Source: Cenococcum geophilum | Lineage: Eukaryota | DNA length: 64,000 nucleotides | Direction: 5' to 3' | NCBI GenBank assembly: GCA_050273025.1 | Contig: CP158635.1 | Location: forward strand, 26,970,001 to 27,034,000 | Shown: piece by piece, positions 38,101-50,500 of the stretch | Position numbering within the stretch: the stretch's first letter is position 1 | Layout of the letters: every line of letters starts with the position of its first letter | The notes under the pieces: model-generated | The model's input: the letters and a program-made list of their open reading frames with translations, nothing else | The model's database searches: none | Told to the model about the DNA's origin: nothing | Made by a program: the position numbers and the translations under genes

Positions 38101-39417
38101 TGGTCTGCTTGTTATAAAGATCCGTAACGACACTAGCTTAAGACCCTTAGTTTGTAAAAGAAGTTTGAGAATTGCTTATATATCTTCGTCTCGCTCGCAC
38201 TTGTCTAACGCGTCTATTACGATAACTAATTCTAAAGCTTAAAGAGGTTCCGCTTCTAAGAGCGGCTAAAAGATTAATTTCTTAAACTGGTCTTTTAGAG
38301 CCTTTTTGGAAATAGCTAGGTTAGTATTAATTGTCTTCCTAATGCCTAATCTTATTCCCGGTGCATAACCCATTAGATCTATAGCAATGGTGGTAAAGAA
38401 TTATATAGCGTTACCGCGCTCTCCCTTGCCTTTCTTAAAAAAGAAGCTAGCTCCTAATTAGCATTAGTCGGCAAATGACTGGGTAATAGTCCGTATAATT
38501 GTAGACTTTCTAGTGCCCGCTATACCGTTTAGCTAGAATATAGGTTTACCGTTTCTATCCTTCGCCTATTCCGTTATTTAACTTAGTAGCTTAACTTGTA
38601 TATTGCTAAGACATCTTGAATTATATTCTTCTATATAAAAATTAAAGGACGCTCCTTTCGCGATTGGTAGGTTAATTAAGTTATTATTTTTAATCTCTTT
38701 ATAGAGTCGATCTAACGCCTTCTACCGCCCTTTACTGTAGATAAGCGGCATATAAATGTTAAAAATACCTAGTAGAGAGTATACTGCGTCTTCTTCGCGT
38801 TTTGTCTGGCGTTTTACTGCCCATAATATGCGCTTATTTATACTAAAATAAGACAAAGGCCTTTTTTAAAGGGCCTAGATGGCGATTCCTATTATTTTGT
38901 GGAGAGTTTGTTTTAGTAATTGCTTATTACTAAGCCGCGTTTCCTCCTTAGAGAAAAATTCAACTAATGCTGGTGTAATAAGCTCTTAAAGCGTCTAACT
39001 ATAAGTAAACTATCTGCTTTTCTAGAATGCCGGTTTCTATCTTTAGGAGAACTGGTTCTCTCTAACGGAACCATTGTCTAAAACGTCAGACAAATATATA
39101 TAGCACTTAGCCGCGTCCTGGTATAAGCGAAATATAGAGTTAATAGCTTCTATAAGCTTAGCGCTACTTAATTTGTTAATATAGTAAGTATTAACCTAGA
39201 AGTATAGAAGACCGTTCTTAGTAGCTTGCTTTTCGCAAAATCGGATCTTTATATAGCTAGCTTTGCTTTTGCCTGTACCTTTTATTATATCTTTAAAAGT
39301 AACCTCCTCGTTATCTACTCCCTAAGTATGCGAAAGGATAGCATATTACGGTATCTTATTATTAACAAACTTAATTAGGCTAAAGTCGCCATTATCTTTA
39401 GATTTTAGAAGACGCAT
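35165..39417 (-). pseudogene. HET-NACHT-WD40 NLR (HNWD / het-e-like architecture)
   Basis: MRLLKSKDNGDFSL..IP*YAILSHT*G..EEVTFKD, F*VNTYYINK (FWVDTCCIDK), P-loop IF*LNGIAGTRKST, Walker B IVIDALDKC, RIFITSRPE, then WD40 repeats. One intron near 37070-37140. Confidence 0.92.
35415..36870 (-). repeat. 12 highly similar 126-bp WD40 repeats (last one partial)
   Basis: gcctttaagcgtgct recurs every 126 bp from 35459 to 36845; unit STLKGHLxxVxAVAFSPDS*LVASALxxxTVRL*EAAxGSxR. Confidence 0.93.
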
Positions 39418-39563
39418 TATACTAATAAGTCTATTAGAGAGTATTGGAAAGTATAAAGATAAGTATATAATAACTTACGTTAAGCAAGCGCAACGATATT
39501 AGCTGTTAGATGTTAGGAAATGGTTTAGGGGGCGGGGATAAGTAAAATAATGTAGGGCAACTA

Positions 39564-39872
39564 CGGAGGTCCCTAATAAAAGTTCTTGTACCTTCCTAAT
39601 TAGGAAGTTTTAAACTAACGTATACGCAAGTATAGGTGCGTATTTTACAGTCTATGTAGTATATACTAGAGTCTATATAGCGTATATTAAGGCACGCAAA
39701 CTTTAAATATTAATTTACTAGCCTAATACTATATATAATAAAAATTCCCTATTATATTTTTAATTTATACTTAGTAAGATAATATATAAAAATATAGAAA
39801 GCTATAATAAGTATTATTATTCCTAAAACTTCCTAATTAGGAAGGTATAAGAACTTTTATTAGGGACCTCCG
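39564..39872. mobile_element. Tc1/mariner-type MITE (309 bp) upstream of the NLR start codon
   Basis: ~48-bp TIR cggaggtccctaataaaagttcttgtaccttcctaattaggaagtttt, with TA on both sides. Confidence 0.85.
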
Positions 39873-40219
39873 TAAGCTACCCTAAGTTTTCTTCTCTTAG
39901 TGTTTAGGGCCACTAATAGCGTCGCTAGTGCGCTAAAGACTTAAAGGCTTCTATAGTTTGCCTACGCTAGTAGGGAGGTTAGCCGACCCGCTCTAGCTAT
40001 AGGGGTTATAACGCCCTACTTTTTAAGGTTAAGAATAAAGAAAGTAGAGAAAGTAGGTAGCTATAGTATTGGAATAAAGAACTGTTATAGGCTTGCCGCT
40101 ATCGGTTAAGTACTAGCCTACGAATTACATAAGGCGGATAAGTAGTATAGTTACTAAGTTAACTAAAACGTCGACTAAGCGACTATTACTATTAAACTTC
40201 GTAATGCGGCCTAACTTAT

Positions 40220-40520
40220 AATATAACATATGGCTATATCTATATCGCAGACTTCTCTAAAGTACTATTAGTATATTGTACTACCTCCAAGCTTTATAGG
40301 CACGCCTTTAACGCCTCTACTAACCGATAAAAAAGTCTTTACGTAAGCTCCTAAGAGATAACGCGCTTTTTAAAGATATTAAAGCAGAGAAACATATTAA
40401 GCAACACTCGTAAATAGAATTTTAGCTTATATAAGAGGAATATAATAGGTTAGAACGCCGGCTTAAGTGGGATAAATTGCTATTCGGATATATTAAGGGC
40501 AAGGTATAGTATATGGGCTG
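40220..40520 (-). pseudogene. Paralogous coiled-coil C-terminal fragment (cf. 29955-30240)
   Basis: RVIS*ELT*RLFYRLVEALKACL*SLEVVQYT..LEKSAI*I*PYVIL*. Confidence 0.5.
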
Positions 40521-40899
40521 GAATTTTATAAGGTTAACATAGATATAGTATTTAATTTAATCTATCTTCCTATTAATCGCTAATTTTTTACCTATAAAGA
40601 GGCTCTATATAAGAAAGAGTAGCTAGATCTATCTATAGCAATAAGTAAGGCTTAAAGTGCCTATAATAAAGAAAGGGAAAAGGAGTATATTAGCTACGAA
40701 AAGGCTAGAGTAGAAGAAGATAGGATAGTGAAACTAAGGAGATGCCCTTATAGTAGTAAAGAAGAAAAAGAAAAGAGGAATAAAGAACTATAGTAAGATA
40801 GGCTAATAGAAGAATTATAGAGCTTATTTACTGCTGGCCCTAAGGAGCGTAGCTACTTTTATATTTCTATAGTCTAGGAACTTTAGGGGAGACTTCTTC

Positions 40900-41860
40900 T
40901 ATAGAGCCTATTTCTCTACCTTTATTATCTACTAGAGCTTCTAGACTATAAATAGGTCCGTTATTTTAGCCGTAGTAGTACCTCTAGCCTTCTGCAACGC
41001 GTCTAGCTACCACTTTCCCTCTATCCTTACTATAATGGCGGAAGACTTGTCCTAAAAAGGACCGAGGCTAGAACCCTCGTCTCTATTATATATATTATGC
41101 ATTGATATAACGTTAAGCCTATAGGTCTCGGCCAACTCTAGCGTTTACTCCTTACTATATCCTCTTTAATATAATCTTGCTATGCCTTATGGCCTTTTAG
41201 TATATTTAAAGCCTCCCCTTAGTATTATAGCTAATAGGGCGAAACTCCTTGTAGATCTTTAGGGTAGGGCACTTAGTGCTATTGGGATACTTGGGCACCT
41301 TTACGAGTATACTAAGATCCTTAATAATCCTACCATCCTTGGCTAAGAAACTGGATACTAGGCGTAGCAACCGCTCTTACTGCTTAGGCGTTAATATATT
41401 AAGGACCCACAGCTAAAAAAATGGCGTTAAAGCCGCCCTTTTTTTCCGGTAGTAGCTTCCTTGCCTTATCTAAGACGGCCTTATCCACGAAGTCACCTAT
41501 AATTAGGTAGATAGCCTCGCTAGGGCCGCCGTTGCCGCGTTTAAGTTTATAGGCCTTGACGTTGCTTATAGCGTCTATTTTAATTAGCTCCTTATAAATG
41601 TTTATGCCGATATAGACTCTAGAGTCCCCTATACAGCGCTTCGCCTTAATAGCTACCTATATTAATCCCATACCTAAGTCTAGCATATAGTCTTTAGGAG
41701 AGAGGTTTGCGAGAACTATAAAAGGCAAGATGTTGTGGAAATGGATATAGTTAACTAAGTTATAAACGGAAACCCATCCCTATATCTAATCGCTTACCTC
41801 ATAGGCGGTGTTAAATTGAACTATTGTTTTATATATAAGGGGGAGCTTTATTGATGTCAT
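40900..41860 (-). pseudogene. Class I SAM-dependent methyltransferase-like gene
   Basis: MTSIKLP...LANLSPKDYMLDLGMGLI*VAIKAKRCIGDSRVYIGINIYKEL (motif I LDLGxG plus GID), IIGDF, GFNAIF. The 3' end is approximate. Confidence 0.6.
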
Positions 41861-44504
41861 TTAAAGCGCGTATCGCAGAGCTGTTATAATGGAGGGGTGG
41901 AGGAGGAGCTGCTGCGGGAGGCTTAATTAGAGGGAGGATGGCGTATAGCTAACGGTTGGGAGCCGTAGAAGCTGCTCTAACGGAGGGCGGAGTAACTTAA
42001 AAGGTAAGTAGTAGTTAGTAAAAGCTAAGAAAGGTAAAAGTTGTAAGGGAGGTGAGATAAGAGTAAGATAATAGCTGTAAGGAGAGTTTTTATAAGTATT
42101 AAAGGTGATATAGAACTTTAGAAAGCAGGACAGAGTTTTATAGAAATATTAAAGACGGTATTATATAAGACAAAAAGAAGTCCACGTAAGAGGTAGGGGT
42201 TCTTTTTACCCTTATTTAATATAAGAGTAAGAAAAAGTAAATTATTAACCTACTAATAGGCTTAATCGTCCTAAAAGCGATAGTAGGAAGCTATTTAGCT
42301 TTTTAGACGCTGGAGGTAGTAAAGGAAAGGAAGTTAAGGTAAGATCTAAAAGCTACTAGCTTTAGAGCTTAATATTAAGGTTAATAAGAGGTATTAAGGG
42401 CTAAAGGAGGGTTAATTAACGAAGTATAAAGGTATTAAAGGTAAGGAGTACGCGTAACGATATATTCGCGTAATAGGGCTTAGGTAGGTTAATTTTATTA
42501 TTAGCGCCGCCTTAAAAACAATGCCTTTACTAACCTACTTAAGTTACTATTCCGCTATAGGTCACGTATAAACGCGGATAAAAGCTCTGTCCTCTTTTAG
42601 ATATTAGCTATTTAAAGACCTTATACGTCGCTTAAGCCTTACTTTTTATTAAGATTAAGATTAAGCTTAAATTCTTTATCTTGCCTACTGCTGCTTTTTT
42701 CTCTCCTCCCTTTATAGAGAGCGGCTTTATAGGTTGTTTACTCTCTAGTAGAGCTTCTTATTTACTAGCGCTACCTATATTTACTTAACAACCTTCTTCC
42801 TTTCCTATCCTCCTCTACTGCGAGCTTACCTTTATTTACTCTCCCTTAGCCTTATTACCTCTTTTTAAGACTTCTAACCGCCGCAATTACTAGTAAGCTA
42901 TTATATTCCTTAATATCTATTTTATTCTTACTTATTTTAAGGCTTCTTGTCCTTACCTGCCTTTAAATTTAATAACTTATTACGTTTCTGCTTCTTCTAT
43001 ATCTCCTTTACATTTAGAATTAATAACTTAGCTTTAACCCCGTAACGCGCTTTACCGCGTAAGCGCTTATTACACTTACTAACCTTTTAACGCTTAAGAA
43101 GAACTTCTACTAATAATAACACCTTCTCTTTAAGCTCTCTTGGCCTTCTCCCTCTTTTATACTAATAGCCTTTTCCTCTTCTTCTTCGTCCTAAGGACTA
43201 GTTGCTACCTCCTCTAGCGCTCTATAGTTGTAACTTATAAGTAAACTACCTAACCTTTTCTTCTAGAGCGACCTGCGCTATTTACTGACGTCTTAATAGC
43301 TATTTTGCACTGCTGCTACTACCTCTTCCTACTATCTCTCTATCTCTCTCGTGCTTGCTCTCTTACTCTTTCTCTAAATCTTAAAGACCTTTAGCTTCTG
43401 CCCTTCTTTAATAAAGGTAAGCCTATATTATTCTCGCGTCGCTTACTAGGGCTAGACTAATTAACTAATATATAAAATAGATAGACGGTAAATATAATGG
43501 CTACGCTCTAGAAACCTACTTAGGCTGTTAATAAGAGCTACTATATGGTTACCGCCGTTAATACCTAAGGCACTTCTACTCCGCCCGAGAAGACTATATA
43601 CGTTAGCGCTAGCTTCTATACTAAACTTATTAGCCCTTTCCCCTATATAGCCGATATTACACCTAAAGTCTACTACGTGGTTAATAATATCTCTGCCCGC
43701 TATAACGCTAAAACCAATACTGTTTAGGTCTATAATAAGTGTATTAAAACTAATCCGGAGGTTCGCTTTTATAAGAGATTATAAATAATACTAGAGGCGT
43801 ACTTATAGTCCCCTTTACCTAGCTAGCGGTATATGGAGCCGATGGATATATAGGAGGATACTTTTAGCGGGAATAAGTACTATTAGGGCAACTCCCTAAA
43901 CAAGGCCAGGATTGTTGCCCTTTAAAAAGAGTAGGGATTCTAAACTGGTAACAATGTGCGGTTTTTAAGACAGGAATAGAGGTTATAGCCGTCGGCGAGA
44001 TCTTCTCCTTTACCCTTTTTTCTTTCCTTCTTCTTCTAGATCTTGCTATCTCCTATAATGCTTTTCTTCCCCTACCTTTATATCTTGGTGCTCTTATAGC
44101 ATTACTGCTGCTTCTTACCTTAACTTTATAAAATATTAATAGATATCTGCCTACTAAAGCGGGACCCTTAAGTAAAGAATTTAAAAATGTCTAGCTAGTG
44201 CAAACTAACTTAGGATATTTTAACCCCCCTATAAAGAATAACCTTAAAGACATTTCAGCTATAAAGCATATTTAGCGCTTCCTTGCTAACCTACCTTGAC
44301 ATAAAAACGGCTGTGTTTCTCTTTACGTTAAGCTACTTATAGTACTTATCTAGCCGGGGTAGAAGTTAAGGAAGTGTAAATTAATTAGCTCCCATTGGAT
44401 AAGGAAATAGCGGTAGATCTCTTAATAGATCTTTAACAGAATACTAAGCAAACTAGTCGGTTAGTAGTATAGCAATCGCTTAAACTTAATCGCAACTTTA
44501 TATA

Positions 44505-44737
44505 GTTCTTAATATAGTTACTTATTTTATTAATAGGAAAAGTAGGCGTTAGTAAGCTATTTTAGGCCTTTAAGAGGTACTTAGTAAGTATAGTAGTAAG
44601 AACTAAGCAGCCGTACTTATTGCTTTATTTAAGGAGTATAATATTAATAGAAATATTAGGTATTTTATAGCCGATAATACGGAGTTAAATAATATATATA
44701 TTAAAGTAATTCTTTAAGCTCTCTATCTAAATATATT
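44505..44737 (+). mobile_element. hAT-family transposase fragment
   Basis: IVTYFINR...ILGL*EVLSKYSSKN*AAVL...IRYFIADNTELNNIYI (de-RIP EHSGENQA...GYFMADNAESNDTC). Confidence 0.7.
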
Positions 44738-45309
44738 AGGGGTTGTTCGGTTATAATATAGAGGCCTTAAATTTAGTTTATAATCTAGTGATTCGGAGTA
44801 ATTTTATCTGTATAGCCTTAAAAATTTAATATTCCTCTTACCGCTCGCAAAATGCCAGAATAGTACGCTAAAATATTGGCAACTTTACTGTATATAGCTT
44901 CTAAAATGGAGCTCTTGGCGTCATTTCAAATTGTTATTATAGGACTTGGCCGTAACACCCTTTCCTACCATTTCCTACCTGTTCTACCACCGTCTTCTAC
45001 TGCTAGAAGTCGTCCGCTGGCAACTTTAAGGAACTTCGACCGGTTATAGGCATTACATTATATATAAGGGCTATTTCTTAAAAGGCTTCCTAAATTCTAT
45101 TAGAGGATTATTGTTTATAATTGTGAATAGATATATAAGTGTCTTTGGCACTTGTATGGGCCTCTATAGAAAGGAACATTTAATAATTAGGAGGTTAGTA
45201 CAGTAGAGGGAGAGCCTTAAGCTCCAATTTTACTACTAGCAGAGGTTATAGCTACTTGGGCAGCTATTAAAAAGCTACTATAACTACTACCACCAATTAA
45301 AGAGACTTG

Positions 45310-45550
45310 GGGATAATCTTTAGCTAGCTAGCCTAGCCTTTTCCTCTTCTGTGAATATGCGACTTTGATTATAACCCTAGGGTATTATATATTGTTATGC
45401 CAGAATAAAGCATCCGGCTTATATTTTAACTTTATGCTAGGCGGAACATTATTAAGTAGAAAATATATCTTAGTTGATTAGGCTAGGCGCACTTTCCGCG
45501 TAAAGAGGGCTACCCTATCTAATCTGCTGCGAATCACTTTTAGCTAACTT
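45310..45550 (-). pseudogene. Fragment of a fungal PD-(D/E)xK-like hypothetical protein
   Basis: KYKPDALFWHNNI*YPRVIIKVAYSQKRKRLG*LAKDY (de-RIP HEPDASFWH..YPGVIIEVAYSQK). Confidence 0.55.
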
Positions 45551-45849
45551 TAAAACTGATATGTCTTATAATTACGCTCTTATATTAGTTATGGTGTTAA
45601 ATTTTTTAACTTAGTCCAAGCGTAATAGTTATATTGTTGGCCTGAAATCTTAGGTTAGAAAAGAAGGATAAGGACTCTTTTTATTAAATATGGCTCTAGG
45701 GCCTCTATATATATATAAGGAAGGTATAGGAACCTAGGGGGGGGGGTAGTAACTAAAATAGGTGGAATAAAAGGGGTAGCTAATTAAGATAAATCCGATC
45801 CTAGTTGATATATATATATCCCTAGCCTTAGATAGGGTTAAACTGCTTT

Positions 45850-46800
45850 ACTAATCTCCCAAATATCTTTTTAGAAATGATTCGCCTCTCTCCATCTCTA
45901 TTTAAGGGAACTCTTCCGCTAAGGTAATTAAGTACGTTTTATTCCTTATTAAGGTGGGTATATACTTATTAGGATAAGCTAATAGAACTAAAGGAATAGT
46001 AAAGGGGTTGGTAAAGGGATTAGCCTATATAGCGTGCGGGTATAAATATATTAGGAATATAATATCCGGTATAACCTAGCTGTAGTTACCCGGCTCCTCC
46101 GCAAAGGATAATTCGTTAAGTCCCCCTAAATATTTAATTAAAATACTTTCCTTATTAACTTCTTCTTCTTTATTGCCATTTCTAAAGTCTTAACCTTTAT
46201 ACTTATAATCCTTATTCCTCTCTCTATACGTACTATATAGATAAGCTCCATTATAACGTGCTTTAGATCTCCGGTAAGTAAGGTAGGCAGTTTATTTCCG
46301 GCTAGTATATTACCTTACGTTTAAAGCAACAGGCTCCGCGTTAGGTTAAAAGCTATTAATAGAAGTTTCTTCGGGAGTTAAAGGACACTGCTAAGAAAGA
46401 GAAGATTTGGTAGAAGAGTTGGTAAACCTACCGTCCGTGAAATACTATATATCCGTAGAATGTACCGTATTCTGCATTAGTTTTAGTAATTGCTCTAGGC
46501 CCTTATCTAGTAGTACTAAAAGTTCTTAATTTGGATTTTAAGAATTTCGTAAACTGCATTTCTTTATCTCGTCTTTAGAGGCTTTTTTCTTTTTTAGTAA
46601 GCTTTAAAGCTTCTTATTCTCTTCTAATAGGCGCTTAATTTTTCTTTTAAGGTCTTTAATTAATTCTCTCTAGCGTTGGCGAAAATGGGCTTAGTTTATA
46701 CGCTTATGTTCCCGTGATTTCTATAGGCAAAACTTAGTATTGGATTATGTTGATTAACCGAATAGATATTTACCTCAGCCGTCTATAGTATGGTAATATA
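45850..46800 (-). pseudogene. bZIP-like protein gene
   Basis: KSREHKRIN*AHFRQR*RELIKDLKRKIKRLLEENKKL*SLL (basic region plus heptad leucines) at about 46595-46722. Overall limits are approximate. Confidence 0.55.
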
Positions 46801-47522
46801 GCAGCCGGATATTAGAAAGGGCTATATTAAAGATTCTTATAGAAGAGAGAGAAACGGCAATAGTGTATAAGTGTTTTACTTCTAATATCCCTGGGGGAGG
46901 GAGCATGGGTTATATACTTAAAATATAAAAATATATAGAATTAAAGATATGGACTATTAAGAGGAGGTAGGATATAAAGTTTCCACGTATTAATGTGGCG
47001 CTAATACCAATATCATATATAGAAGATAGTAGAAGAGTAGAATATGAAAAGTTAAAAAGATAGACTGTTAGGGAGCGGACTGCTAAGCTAAGCCTTTAGA
47101 AGTTTTTGAGAGTCCTATATCTAGGAAACGCTATATAGGTAGAAGGAGTAAGCAAGAAAAAAGGGCTATATTAATCACCTATAATACTTATAGGGAACAC
47201 GCGTCGTGCTTATTGCTATTATTTGGAGTATATATACTCCTAAATTATTTTGGTTTTAAGACGGCTTATCTTCTTAAATAGGTAATAAGCTTTAGGGATA
47301 AATTTAATTGGCTCCTACTAAGCCTGTTAAATAATTATATTAAAGGCTTGTAGAATATAGAGAGTCGTAGAATAAGGCTTAGGTTATCCAACCTTAAGGA
47401 TCTCCCGCGATTTAGCTTAGATTATGTCCGGGATAACATTAAAAGGAAAGAAAGTAATGTTAGCTTCTCAATTAGCTCTTATCTAAATTATAGCAGAACC
47501 CTAAATGGTTTAGTGGCTTATA

Positions 47523-50500
47523 GTAACTACTAAATCCTAAACGCCTTCGCACCGCAACCGCCAAATTATAGACACCTTTATATTACAACCACTAAATTAT
47601 AAACACTTCCGCACTAGGACTACCAAATTATAGACGCTCTATACTGTAAGCACTAGTATAAAGAGCCCTACATTAAGATCTAATCCAATTATAACATGCG
47701 TACTAGATTTAATAGTATTAGTAATAGATCCTGGTAGCTTGAGATAGTAAAGGGGATGTACTTATTGCTTATCTAGTGTTTGTCTAGAGGGCCCTATATA
47801 GTGTTACGTGATATAAGCTCCTGCGTAAATACTTTATTAATCCCTAGCACTCTTTAGTAGTAACGGGGATCTTAGGTACCCTGCTTTTCTAACACTTAAA
47901 GCAATATACGCTCTTTTAATCAGTAATCCTTTTTATTTAAGAATAAAATGCTCAAATTTATTGCTATTATTTAATATCTTTTAATATCTATTCCCTTCTA
48001 TTTGCTACTAGTAATATATAATTATACCTAGGTTTACTATAAGTATACTTATCTCCGCTATACTATAAGAGCTTAGTGCACAAAATACTAGGAGACGCAA
48101 AAAAGATATCTAGTAAATGTTGTCGCAATATAAGAGCAAACACTTAAGCTATTAATATATAACTAATTTTCTGTTATAGTGAATATAGGCTTAATAAAAA
48201 CTATAGTATACCTCTATAGGTCTATACAGAGGCCTAAGAAGCTCATATAAGAATTTCTTCTAGGTAACTATAAATACACATTAAACTAAGAGGCTTACTT
48301 AAATATGCATAAGAAGGCAAAGGAGGAAATGATTTAACAAACGCGAAGGGGGCTGCGTATTGCTAGCAAAAGGCGTATATAATTCTCTTCTTTGTAAATA
48401 CACTATAAATAAGCATTTAAGGTAGAGAAACCAAACTATCTCTAATAAAGCATTTAATATGTTCCAAACCTAGTAATAAGTAATAGTTATTATATATATC
48501 CGGCCCAAATAAAACTTACTTTAAAACAGCCCTTAGATAATAAGACCTTAGATATAGGCTAGGTAAACCTTAGCATATATACTTATAACGTTCTACTAAC
48601 CGCCCGTCCGTTAAATATATCTAATAGCTTTTAAATAGGATAGCGGTAAGTAGCTCTTTATACGCTACAGACGGTATATATACTAATATTTATAAAGAAA
48701 CTAATTTATATAATAAATGCATCCGTAAAAATATCTCTACCTCACCCCCAACATGCTAAACATCGTTATCCGTTAAAGAGAAAAGATGCCGACCTATAAT
48801 ACCGTTCATTTATATTGTATAAAGATCTTACTATATAAGTTAGTGTTTTAGAGGAGATATTTAGGCTATCGCCTATAATATAAGTGGACGAAGCCGCCTT
48901 TATCAAGGCCATTACCGGTTATATTCTCGCCCTTAAGCATTATATAGGAGCTAAACATTTTTAACCCCTAAAGATAAAAGGAAAGTAGGTTTATCCTATT
49001 AAAGATTATAACAAAAATTACTAGCGTCTAGATTTATATTATAAGTATATTAAAACTTTAGAGGGGTTTAGACATAAGATTCTAAAGTGTTATTTTAACT
49101 AGGATACGTATCTGCCGTATAGCCACTAATTTAACTCTCCTACTAGTCTTCTTTAATATAAGCGGAAAGTTTATAATATAAAAGCTTTATCGCGGACTTA
49201 AATATTCACGCCATTTATAATATATATTAAGAAGAGTACGTCACAAAATTATATTATTTTAGAAATGCTTATGGAGATATAGACTCGCAACCGGCGGAGG
49301 CTAGTAATTAAATAAAATAAACGGAAAACTCTACTATTTATACGCCTTATACAGACTCGCCAAAACCTAGCTTTAATGGCGGTGGCTAAGGAGAATCTAT
49401 TTCTCCAAGCGCTAAAATAGGCCCCTTAACTTCAAAAGCCGAAGACAGCACTTAGATACCTATCCCAACGTCTTTTATAGGAGGAGACTTTGAATTCGCT
49501 ATAGCACTAAGTACTACGCCACGTGCAATTAAACCTAAAGTACTAGAAGGTAAAAGGGTGTTTAAGTTCTCTATAGTACCGAGCGCTGCTAAAGAGGGCT
49601 TCGGATTTACTATAGATCTATAAACCAATTTTTCTATTAAACCTAAAGCTAGAAGGGACTTTAAGTTAGGGTTACCAAGTGCCGCTATGGGTAGGTTTAG
49701 TAGAAATAGTACTAAAAGGGATTTCGGATATATAGCTCTATATATAGAGTTTCCGGCAGGTAAACCTAGGGGTTATAGCAAGGGGATTTTTAAATTTAGG
49801 ATGGAACCTTACGCCGCTATATTTAGAGCGGGCTAAGGTTACTAGTTACAGCTTTAGGACTCTTAGTAAAGAGATTAGATAAAATATATCTTAAATAACG
49901 CAAACTAGTTGCGTCTTACTACCTATTAAGTGGGCTTATTCCCATTCCACATATAATAAATTACCATTGCTTTCCCTTCTCTAATTATAGGAGTTGGACT
50001 TAATCGTCTTAGCTACCCATTATAAATAACACTAATTTTAATAAGAGCTAGCTCAATCGGTAGGCGCGATTACTCACATATCCCCTCCGCATACTTCAAT
50101 AATAGACATTTTATTAGTCTCTTCCTTTTAAAGGGCTAGGTCATACTACACAATCCATCTCTAATTAGTGTCTCCTCTAAGATAATAGCAACCGATAGCA
50201 ATAATATCGTTATTATTAGCTAGCTATTTCTAATCTAGTAATCGTCCAATTATAAGTAGGGCATATTAAGGGAAATCGTATTCTTTAACGTATAAGACTT
50301 AAAAACTACTATCCCTAGCAGAACTAATAAGGGCATTTATAAACTTTAAAGGTATTAGCAAGCAGAGCTCTTTTTCCTCAAAGGAAAAAAAACCAGCATA
50401 ACCTTATTCTCGTTAATTTACAGCCACTTTAGAATAGCATTGGTTGCACCTTTAAGGACTATAATACCTTAATCTTATAGAAGCTGTAAGACAAGACTAG

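Larger units (their letters stand above)
34929..40008. mobile_element. TIR-bounded cassette carrying the HET-NACHT-WD40 gene
   Basis: tatagctagagcgggtcggccgccctccctactagcgtag (34935-34974) is inverted at 39962-40001. The outermost bases differ (taaggg vs taacccc). Confidence 0.75.

Noticed and set aside
44737..44760. taggggttgttcggtt as a possible hAT TIR
   Set aside because: No partner end or TSD was found in the window.
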